Shown here: one piece after another, positions 1 through 8,116 of the stretch | Layout of the letters: the number at the start of each line of letters is the position of its first letter | How positions within the stretch are numbered: position 1 is the first letter of the stretch | Source: Promethearchaeota archaeon | GTDB taxonomy: Archaea; Asgardarchaeota; Lokiarchaeia; Sigyniarchaeales; SOKP01 | Length of the DNA stretch: 42,029 bases | Assembly: GCA_019057865.1 (NCBI GenBank) | Contig: JAHLWP010000037.1 | Location: 1 to 42,029, forward strand | Direction of reading: 5' to 3' | Notes under the pieces: model-generated | What the model saw: the letters and a program-made list of their open reading frames with translations, nothing else | Told to the model about the DNA's origin: nothing | The model's database searches: none | Position numbers and translations under genes: made by a program

Positions 1-150
1 ATTAAAATCACAATACTTTTATATTAACAATATAACCATTTTACTTTTAAAATTTGGTTCATAAAATTTTTTAAATATTTTTAACTAAATTTAATTGTTA
101 TAATCTTTCTTTTTAATAAATTAATAAAAATTAAAAAGCTTGCCCTCATT

Positions 151-224
151 GGGAGAGTGGCTTAGCCTGGTATAGCGCACGGCTGATAACCGTGAGGTCG
201 GGGGTTCGAAGCCCCCCTTTCCCA
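151..224 (+). tRNA. tRNA-Ile (anticodon GAT), intronless, CCA not encoded
   Basis: Acceptor GGGAGAG/CTTTCCC plus discriminator A; anticodon arm CACGG-CTGATAA-CCGTG; T arm GGGGG-TTCGAAG-CCCCC. Confidence 0.97.
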
Positions 225-299
225 TTGTTGATCTTATAGAATAATTCAAATTACTTACCATCACTTTTTTAATCAACAATCTCTATTAATAAATTATAT

Positions 300-893
300 A
301 TGAAAACAATAGTTATCTCTGGAACGCCAGGTTGTGGAAAAACTTCTGTTTCGAAGAAAATAACTGAAAGATTAAATGCTGAAGTAATTTCATTAAATAA
401 ATTAGCTATCTCGAAAAATTTTTCATCCGGGTATGATAATAATAGAGAGACCTATATTGTTGATACAAATGGATTTTTACCTATTTTAAAGAATGAAATT
501 GAAATAATTCAGAAAAATAATCCCGATTTTTTAATTATAGAGGGTCATTTTTCTGATATTGTTCCTGAAAGTTATATTAATTATGCTTTTATATTAAGGT
601 GTGACCCTGATGAATTGTACAAAAGATTGGAAAAAAAAGGGTATAAGTTAAAAAAAATACGAGAAAATATACAAGCAGAGATTTTAGGAAATTGTGTTAA
701 TTATTTTATTCAAAAGGGAATCAAATTGCCTTTATTTGAAATAGATACAACTAATAAGAACATTGAAACCATATCAAAAATTATAATTGATATTGTAGTC
801 GAAAATGAAAATGCTGAAAACTATAAGGTCGGTAATATTGATTGGTTAGAAAAATTATTTAAAGAGAATCGTCTAAATGAATTTTTCGATTGA
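300..893 (+). CDS. Adenylate kinase, AK6/Fap7-type
   Basis: P-loop GTPGCGKTS, hhhEGH motif, LRCDP..L.KRL..KGY...KI.EN..AEI pattern of AK6/Fap7. Confidence 0.9.
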   Translation: MKTIVISGTPGCGKTSVSKKITERLNAEVISLNKLAISKNFSSGYDNNRETYIVDTNGFLPILKNEIEIIQKNNPDFLIIEGHFSDIVPESYINYAFILRCDPDELYKRLEKKGYKLKKIRENIQAEILGNCVNYFIQKGIKLPLFEIDTTNKNIETISKIIIDIVVENENAENYKVGNIDWLEKLFKENRLNEFFD

Positions 894-922
894 AATTTTC
901 AAAATTATGAGGTGAATACTGA

Positions 923-2572
923 ATAAAATATGAAATAAAAGATGTGGATGCCCTTGGGAGGATAGGGAAATTAAAATTAACGGAAAAAGAAATGGTTACA
1001 CCTAATTTATTCCCTGTAATTCATCCTATTAAAAATCTAATTTCCCCCTCTGACTTAATTAAAATGGGGGCTCAAGGTATCTTTACAAACGCTTATATAA
1101 TTTATCAGAATAAGGAGATAAGACAAAAAATATTAACAGAGGGAATTCATCAGTACTTAAATTATAGTGGTATAGTTGCTACTGATAGTGGTGCCTTCCA
1201 ACAATACATGTATAATGAAGATAAATTAGATATTAGTGCTGATGAAATCGAAAAATTTCAAGAAAAGTTAGAAACAAATTTTGCTGTTATTTTAGATATC
1301 CCAGTTCAATTATCAGATAACTATGAAGTAGCAAAAAAGAAAGTCTTAACAACTGTAGAACGCGCAAAAGAAAACATCAAACGCAGAAGAAATGAAAATT
1401 GTCATTGGTTTGGACCCATCCATGGTGCTAGATATTTAGATTTAATAGAATTAAGTACTAAAGAAATGTCAAAATTAAATTTTGATATATATGCCATAGG
1501 AGGTTTAGTAAAGACTTTCCTAGATTATAGATTTGACATCGCAATACAAAATTTATTAACTGTTAAAGAAAATCTCATTTCTAATAAACCTGTACATATG
1601 TTTGGACTTGGGTTACCACAATTCTTTTCATTAGCAGTGGCATGTGGATGTGATTTAATGGATTCTGCTGCTTATATCTTATATGCAAAAAAAAATCGAT
1701 ATTTCACTTTATCAACAGGTACAAAGAATCTAGAGGAATTATATGAGTTTCCATGCCATTGTCCTATTTGTAGTGAGTATACTCCTCAAGAAATAAAGTC
1801 TTTTGATGAAGAATTGAAAACTGAATTACTAGCAAAACATAATTTATTTCTTTCTTTTTCTGAATTAAGAACAATTAGACAAGCTATAAGAGAGGGTAAT
1901 CTATGGGAGCTAGTTGAACTTAGAATAAGAAACCACCCTAATCTCGTTAATGCTGTCAAATTAATAAAAGATCATAGATCTATATTTGAAATACATGAAA
2001 AGATTTACAAAAGCCATGGTAGATTATATACTTCAAATGAAGCTCTGAATAGGCCATTAATTTATCGATATGAGAAAAAACTTTTAGCAAATTATCGTAT
2101 TCCCAAAGATGTAAAATATCTAATAATTTTGCCTGAGTTAGATACTAAAACCAATAGTTCAGCAACAACTCAGAAATGGTTGGAAAGAATTGACAATAAT
2201 AAGATTATACCAAGAGATTTAGTACATGTTGTATTTAGTTCTGAGATTTATGGGTTAATTCCTCATGAATTAGTTGATACTTTTCCCATGGGTCAATATG
2301 AATCAATTACATCATCAGGAATAAATGATATGATTCACTCTAATTCATTACATAAGGTAGAACAATTCTTTGATAAAAATTATAAATATTATAATAAATG
2401 TGCTGTGTTAATCCCGGAAAATTATATAAATCAATTCAATGAATTAGTTAATTTTCCTAAGGATAATATAATTTATTCATTAATCCCGATTTTAAAATCC
2501 AAATTTAGAGAAAACTTTTCGGTATTTAAAGAGTTAGAAGATCTTTTAGTGTTTTTCACTAATGGTAATTAA
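923..2572 (+). CDS. tgtA: Archaeosine tRNA-guanine(15) transglycosylase (arcTGT); probable ATA start at 923 (track start 944); no recognisable PUA domain
   Basis: GRIGKL, TPNLFPV, TDSGAFQ, HMFGLG, DLMDSAAY, Zn site CHCPIC...H, GNLWELVE.R...HP; SD GAGGTGA at 909-915. Confidence 0.93.
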   Translation: MKYEIKDVDALGRIGKLKLTEKEMVTPNLFPVIHPIKNLISPSDLIKMGAQGIFTNAYIIYQNKEIRQKILTEGIHQYLNYSGIVATDSGAFQQYMYNEDKLDISADEIEKFQEKLETNFAVILDIPVQLSDNYEVAKKKVLTTVERAKENIKRRRNENCHWFGPIHGARYLDLIELSTKEMSKLNFDIYAIGGLVKTFLDYRFDIAIQNLLTVKENLISNKPVHMFGLGLPQFFSLAVACGCDLMDSAAYILYAKKNRYFTLSTGTKNLEELYEFPCHCPICSEYTPQEIKSFDEELKTELLAKHNLFLSFSELRTIRQAIREGNLWELVELRIRNHPNLVNAVKLIKDHRSIFEIHEKIYKSHGRLYTSNEALNRPLIYRYEKKLLANYRIPKDVKYLIILPELDTKTNSSATTQKWLERIDNNKIIPRDLVHVVFSSEIYGLIPHELVDTFPMGQYESITSSGINDMIHSNSLHKVEQFFDKNYKYYNKCAVLIPENYINQFNELVNFPKDNIIYSLIPILKSKFRENFSVFKELEDLLVFFTNGN

Positions 2573-2574
2573 AA

Positions 2575-3009
2575 ATGACTGTTTTAGATAAGATTTATGC
2601 CTATGGCCATGAGAATATTCTGTGTTCTCATAAAACAACAATAGAAATTACTAAAGATAAAGATCTCACTAAAAAGGGAACTTGTATCGTTGGCATTAAA
2701 GCTTCGAAAGCTTGCATTGATTTGGGCGCTAAACTAAAAGAAACTATAATAAATGAAAATGAAATTAAAGTTACCTTAAAAGTGGAGAATTTAAAAGATT
2801 CTTTCTATGGTTTTGGTCATAAGAATTTGAGATTGTTAGATAAAAAAGATATGGTTTTTCGTAAAAGTAATTATATTTGCGACAGAACGGTTTTAATTAA
2901 TTGTACAAAATCCTCAAATGATTTAAAGCAGGAATTAATTGAAGCTTTAAAGCATCCTGGGAAAAAAATTTCAATAATATTCGAAATAAATGATTTTAAT
3001 GGTAACTAA
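2575..3009 (+). CDS. DUF371 family protein
   Basis: AYGHENI..HKTTIEITKD..LT.KGTCIVG and DMVFRKSNYICDRT motifs. Confidence 0.88.
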   Translation: MTVLDKIYAYGHENILCSHKTTIEITKDKDLTKKGTCIVGIKASKACIDLGAKLKETIINENEIKVTLKVENLKDSFYGFGHKNLRLLDKKDMVFRKSNYICDRTVLINCTKSSNDLKQELIEALKHPGKKISIIFEINDFNGN

Positions 3010-4159
3010 TTTGCCAAAAGAAATAGAATATCTAAAAGTAAAAAAAGCAGAAGGGCAAAAAACTCTTAATTTAATAAAAATAAATTCTAAAAAATATTCT
3101 GTAATCAACCAGAAATATAAAATTCTCTATGATGATGAATTTATCTTTTTTCCGTTAGAGGAAAATAATGAATTAATAGAAAAAGTAATAGCCTCTATTG
3201 AAAATAAGATTGAGATCGAAATTATTACTAAACTTAGTATAATAAATGAAAATTATAAATTTAATTCTCTCCAGGATGCTTTAAAAGGCAAAATTCCAGA
3301 TGATTATCAAGAATTAATTCCAAAATCCTACGATCTTATTGGAAATATTGCTATAATTGAATTTGATAAATTTGAACATATAGAAAAGAGCGAATTAAGT
3401 AATTATAAGAAAGAAATTGCTAAAGCAATAACTCTTGTTAATAAAAAGATTATGATTGTATACGAAAAGAAAAGTGAAATTATGGGAACGTATAGATTAA
3501 GAGATCTTGCTTTGCTCTATGGTGAAAACAAATCAGAAACCGTTTATAAAGAAAATAATTGTACCTTCAAACTTGATGTTAAAAAAACCTATTTTACTCC
3601 ACGATTAGTCTCTGAACGCAGACGAGTTGCCTTTAGTGAGATAAAGCAAAATGAGCTTATTGTTGATATGTTCGCTGGCGTAGGCCCTTTTTCAATCCAA
3701 ATAGCGAAAAATCATGATGTAAGAATTTACGCTTTTGATGTTAATCCGGATGCTTATAGTTACCTTAAAGAGAATGTTAAATCAAATATGCTTAAGGGAG
3801 AGGTTATACCATATAATTTAAATGTTAAAGATCTTCTTAAACCCTCAGATACATTGGATAAATCATTACAAGGTAAGGCAGATAGGATTATCATGAATTT
3901 ACCTGAAAAATCAATCGAATTTATTGATATAGCATGCTTTTTAATGAAAAAATCAGGAGGGTTTTTGCATTTTTATCAGTTTTCAGAAAAACCAAATCCG
4001 ATAAAGAGAACCATTGAGCTATTAAATAAAAAACTGAATGATTTCAACTGGCTTATTGAAAAAATAATCACCTCTAAAATTGTAAAATCATATTCCCCAA
4101 AAGCAGAACTAGTTGGGTTAGATTTATGTATCAGAAGTGTTAATTTCTTAAGAAAATAA
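2990..4159 (+). CDS. trm5: tRNA (guanine37-N1)-methyltransferase Trm5 (Trm5b/c-like)
   Basis: SYDLIGNIAII, YFTPRL..ER.R, SAM motif DMFAGVGPF, DVNPDA, RIIMNLP. Confidence 0.9.
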   Translation: MILMVTNLPKEIEYLKVKKAEGQKTLNLIKINSKKYSVINQKYKILYDDEFIFFPLEENNELIEKVIASIENKIEIEIITKLSIINENYKFNSLQDALKGKIPDDYQELIPKSYDLIGNIAIIEFDKFEHIEKSELSNYKKEIAKAITLVNKKIMIVYEKKSEIMGTYRLRDLALLYGENKSETVYKENNCTFKLDVKKTYFTPRLVSERRRVAFSEIKQNELIVDMFAGVGPFSIQIAKNHDVRIYAFDVNPDAYSYLKENVKSNMLKGEVIPYNLNVKDLLKPSDTLDKSLQGKADRIIMNLPEKSIEFIDIACFLMKKSGGFLHFYQFSEKPNPIKRTIELLNKKLNDFNWLIEKIITSKIVKSYSPKAELVGLDLCIRSVNFLRK

Positions 4160-4343
4160 TAAAAAATCTAAATATAAATGCCCTAGGTGTCGTGGCGAGA
4201 GCATTATTGACTATGGTGAAATAATTGAATGTGTTAAATGCCAATTGGAGTTTTATAAAAGCTCCTTTGAAACGGTAAAGAAAAAAAATATATTAGGAAT
4301 TTCAGAATTAAATGACTTTGTACGAATCTTAATGGAAAATTAG
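4152..4343 (+). pseudogene. Small zinc-ribbon ORF without an in-frame start codon (…KYKCPRCRGESIIDYGEIIECVKCQLEF…)
   Basis: Open frame from TAA at 4149 to TAG at 4341-4343 with two CxxC pairs spaced like a Zn ribbon; no ATG/GTG/TTG upstream of the first Cys. Confidence 0.55.
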
Positions 4344-4394
4344 ATAGTCGATTAAAATTTCTTCCTATTCATTTATTTTTAGAATTAGATTAAA

Positions 4395-4499
4395 CGGACC
4401 TAGCAGGATTCGAACCTGCGACTTTCGGATTAGAAGTCCGACGCCCTATCCATACTAGGCAAGCTAGGCTGGCTAGCTGGCTGGCTAGGCTATAGGTCC
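4395..4499 (-). tRNA. tRNA-Arg (anticodon TCT) with a 30-nt insertion in the D-arm
   Basis: Minus strand: GGACCTA TA GCCTAG [30 nt] TATGGATAGGGC G TCGGA-CTTCTAA-TCCGA AAGTC GCAGG-TTCGAAT-CCTGC TAGGTCC G; 105 nt in total, 75 nt without the insert. Confidence 0.9.
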
Positions 4500-4754
4500 T
4501 TGCTTTATAAAATAAAGATTTTATATTTTATAAAATATCCTTTATGATGTTTAAAGTTTATTATGACTTGTTGTTGCTCTTCTCTTATTAAGAAATTAAA
4601 AAATAATTTTATGTTTCTGAAAATAGACTCATTAATTGCTTGATGAATTAATAAATTGTTAATAGATTTTATTTAATAAAATACAACATTAAATTATATT
4701 TAAGACATATATTGAATATATAAACGTGATTTGGTAATATAAAAGAGAGTATCA

Positions 4755-5480
4755 ATGGAGCTTAAACAAAAACATTTTGTACATCAAAACATACCCTATT
4801 CTTTCAATTGGAATAAGATTCACCATAAACAAAAATTCTATCAAATAATTGCTAATCGAGAAGAATTAAATAGACTTAAAGCACATTTTAAAAGAGTGGC
4901 TGAAGGAAAAATTCCGAATAGGTTATTTAATTCTCGAGATCTTCCAAGGGTTTCTCAATTTAAGATTAGAGGTATAAAGCCAGCTTTTATTAGAAGTTTT
5001 AGTAAAAGTTTAATTCGTTCAGGGAAAGTAAAGCGGTTAGATTCCAATTCAAAACTAGCATTTTATGCCCAGAGAGTATTTAGAAGTTATAAAGAAAGTG
5101 GATTTGGAGGAGATCCTGGACATGAACCCATTTTAAAAAACATTTTAATTAAAGATAAGGACTCTGTAGCTACAGAAGTTCCAATTTGGAAGAAGGAAGA
5201 AAACAAAACCATTACAGGGCATATTGATTTGATTCAAATTGAAAATAATGTTGTTAAAGTAATTGATTACAAACCAGAAGGAAGATTTTTACTCTCTTTA
5301 CCCCAAGTGGCAATGTACGGTATTTTATTTAAGTCAAGATTAAATATTGAGACGATAAAATGTGTTTCTTTCAATAAAGAAGAAGTTTGGGAATATGATC
5401 CAAAAATTTTATTGTCTGAAGTTAAAGAATATTTAATTTCTCATTATATTAATGAAAGACCATGGGAAGATTTCATATAA
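4755..5480 (+). CDS. PD-(D/E)xK nuclease superfamily protein
   Basis: EVPIW...GHIDLI...VIDYKP...QVAMY, a RecB-type catalytic motif; no Fe-S cysteines. Confidence 0.8.
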   Translation: MELKQKHFVHQNIPYSFNWNKIHHKQKFYQIIANREELNRLKAHFKRVAEGKIPNRLFNSRDLPRVSQFKIRGIKPAFIRSFSKSLIRSGKVKRLDSNSKLAFYAQRVFRSYKESGFGGDPGHEPILKNILIKDKDSVATEVPIWKKEENKTITGHIDLIQIENNVVKVIDYKPEGRFLLSLPQVAMYGILFKSRLNIETIKCVSFNKEEVWEYDPKILLSEVKEYLISHYINERPWEDFI

Positions 5481-5491
5481 AGGGCATCTAT

Positions 5492-5767
5492 CTAGAGCTT
5501 CTTTCCTTTTGGTTTTGAGGGTTCAGGTTCTTCCCTAGGTTTCACATACCCTTTAAACATGAAATAACATAAAATTAAGGCTATTAATTCTGTAGCAACA
5601 CCAAGAAAAGAAATAATTGTGCCATTATATCCCAGATATCTTAATACTAATGCAAAACCTAAACCTGAAAATGCTAAAATAAATAAAATAAATCCTTTTA
5701 TGATTTCTAGGAAGGAATCTTTAATATATCCAAGTTCTTTCTTAATCCAAGTAAAAAGTGAAGCCAT
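5492..5767 (-). CDS. Small two-TM membrane protein
   Basis: Two hydrophobic segments and a basic tail; ATG start. Confidence 0.7.
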   Translation of the reverse strand: MASLFTWIKKELGYIKDSFLEIIKGFILFILAFSGLGFALVLRYLGYNGTIISFLGVATELIALILCYFMFKGYVKPREEPEPSKPKGKKL

Positions 5768-5923
5768 AAGATGATTCTACTTCTATATAATTTTAAATAA
5801 ATTAAATAAATATCATTTTAATATCTTTGTTATTTTCTAAAGATTTATCTAAATATCTCAAATCAGAAATGATTATGATTAAACTATACTTATCGATATT
5901 AACCTAAAGTTTTTGAGATAGTC

Positions 5924-8116
5924 TTAGCTCCTTTGTTTACTTTTAAATTTAGAATATAATGCCTTATCTAACAATTTGCCTATTCTTTGGGCAATTTGTT
6001 TACCAATTTCATATCTTTCACCATCAAGTAAATTTCTCATTGATTCTGGGGTAGGATTATCCCCTAATCTTCTAAACAAAACTTTTTGTGTTATTTCATT
6101 TACCATATCTCTAATTTTTCCATAATCAGGTAAATTAATATTGGGATTAAAGCTATTGATTTTCTCTATCGCAAATTGAAAAAATTGACAAAATAACTCG
6201 ATTGGATCACCTTTTAATTCACTATGAAGTTTAATATTATCAGTAGCTATTTTTGTATCTTTTTCTTGCCAATACAACTGATTTGGATTGATACCTGGAC
6301 TATTTATTCTCATAAGTGAACTTGTAATTCGGCGTTCAATCCAATTTAATGTACTAACTTCCTGTTTTTCACGTATTTCCTTCTTTTTTTCTTCTTTTTC
6401 TTTTTCTTTAGATTCTATAATTTGTTCTACTTTCGATTTACGTTGTTCTTCAAAGTCTTCAAACCTTTTAATTATATCATATCCTATACAGTAAGAAATT
6501 GGTGAGATTAGATCTGATTTTAACTTTAATGACGATATCCCGGTATATACGTGACTATTCTTCTCTTTTAATTCTAAAATTCCCTCTTTTAAAGGAATAC
6601 CCATCAATCGTGCCAATATAAAACCATTAACTAAAAATGGTTGATTATCCGCATTAAATACTATAACTAACTCTTCTTGTCTCTTATTTAATTTTTCTAT
6701 TATTAATTCCTCTAATTTAACCTTAACCCAATCTTCAGAATCAGTAGTTCCGAATATTTTTCTTAAAGCTAAAAGAAATAAGGTTTTATCATTTGAAATT
6801 TTAAGATATAACTCAATAATTCGACTAAGTTGTCTTAGTATTTTTGATAACATATAAAAAAATATGTCTTTCACTAATTTGTCCATGATATCTTCAAAAT
6901 CTAACACAAATAAGATATGAGCATAGTTTTTTAATCCTAATTCTTTTAAAAAGACCTTCTCAATAACTTGCTTTTTTCTTAGATCATTTGGATCTATAAG
7001 ATCATGTTTTGTTATATTATATCTGACCATATTTCTCCTTACTTCTTCAGTAACTGACTCGTCTATATCCATGAGGTATAAGATATTGTAGACTCCATAT
7101 CTATTTAACATATAGATTAAATCATTGAAACTACATTCATTTAGGCTCTGTAGAAAATAAATGAAATCATTTGGATTAATTTTCAGTTGTTTAAATAACT
7201 CAGATTTTAAGAAGCTCAAAATTTTTTGTTCAAATTGGTCATAATTAATTTTTTCTTTTAGTGCATTTTCTATTCTCTTTAACAGTTCTTTTTTAAGGTT
7301 GTTTGTTTCTTTAAAGATTTTTAGTCCGGGAATGGAAATTGGGAAACGATCAAAGTTATAATCAAAGATTCTTCGTTTTATCATTCTAACTGGCATTGCC
7401 TGTACCTGCAATTCTTTATATGATTTGAATTCGAAGTCTTTTCGGATTTTGTCAATCATTCGACCTAAGGTTGCTAATTCGATAAACTTATCTTCTTTCT
7501 CTTCTCGTTCTAATTTTTTTTCAATTTCTAGTGATAAATCTTTAAAAGCAGAACTTTCTTCTAGGATTTGTAATTTAGTTTCGTCAGTTAATCCTATCAA
7601 ATCGCCGATTAAATCATAAAAATAAAAAGGTGGGTAATTTAATATAATTTCTAATAATTCTTGTTCAACTTTTTCTTCAATTTCATTCAGTATTTGCTTC
7701 TTTTGAAATTCTGGAAGTGTAGATTCTCTTTCTTCAATTAGATATGATATAAATCTATTCTCTAAATCAAATATCTTATTAAGAACCCCAATTTCTAAAA
7801 TGAATGAATCTTTTAATAATGTATCAACTTCTTCTATTAAAATCTCTTTTTCAATGTGCTCTAAATTTTTAGTTGACTCAAAGGAAAATTTATCTTGCTC
7901 TAAGGTTTCTTTAACTCTAATACCTAAGCTGTGATAAATATGAATTACAGCTGTAGCAATTAAGAGGTCTTTGAAAGTGGTTTTTTGACTTGTTAATTCA
8001 AATATTTTTTGCTTATCAGCATCTCTCTTAAAATGGGAAATAATTAAATCTACAGTTTGAAAAAATCTAAACGTACTTTCAACTGCGGTTGTCTTTCTTT
8101 TTATCCCACTAATCAT
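5924..8116 (-). CDS. Large alpha-helical hypothetical protein; probable start ATG 8116
   Basis: Long ORF; ATG at 8116 overlaps the upstream stop as ATGA (translational coupling). Confidence 0.8.
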   Translation of the reverse strand: MISGIKRKTTAVESTFRFFQTVDLIISHFKRDADKQKIFELTSQKTTFKDLLIATAVIHIYHSLGIRVKETLEQDKFSFESTKNLEHIEKEILIEEVDTLLKDSFILEIGVLNKIFDLENRFISYLIEERESTLPEFQKKQILNEIEEKVEQELLEIILNYPPFYFYDLIGDLIGLTDETKLQILEESSAFKDLSLEIEKKLEREEKEDKFIELATLGRMIDKIRKDFEFKSYKELQVQAMPVRMIKRRIFDYNFDRFPISIPGLKIFKETNNLKKELLKRIENALKEKINYDQFEQKILSFLKSELFKQLKINPNDFIYFLQSLNECSFNDLIYMLNRYGVYNILYLMDIDESVTEEVRRNMVRYNITKHDLIDPNDLRKKQVIEKVFLKELGLKNYAHILFVLDFEDIMDKLVKDIFFYMLSKILRQLSRIIELYLKISNDKTLFLLALRKIFGTTDSEDWVKVKLEELIIEKLNKRQEELVIVFNADNQPFLVNGFILARLMGIPLKEGILELKEKNSHVYTGISSLKLKSDLISPISYCIGYDIIKRFEDFEEQRKSKVEQIIESKEKEKEEKKKEIREKQEVSTLNWIERRITSSLMRINSPGINPNQLYWQEKDTKIATDNIKLHSELKGDPIELFCQFFQFAIEKINSFNPNINLPDYGKIRDMVNEITQKVLFRRLGDNPTPESMRNLLDGERYEIGKQIAQRIGKLLDKALYSKFKSKQRS

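Noticed and set aside
4455-4490. Canonical BHB intron in tRNA-Arg
   Set aside because: The insert is not at 37/38. The only BHB-like fold I found has a C-C mismatch and its cleavage would not restore a normal D-loop. Kept as an unexplained insertion.
151-4499. tRNA-anchored integrated element between the two tRNAs
   Set aside because: The contents are housekeeping tRNA-modification genes, with no integrase or duplicated tRNA 3' end.
4755-5480. Cas4
   Set aside because: It lacks the four Fe-S cysteines and has no CRISPR context.
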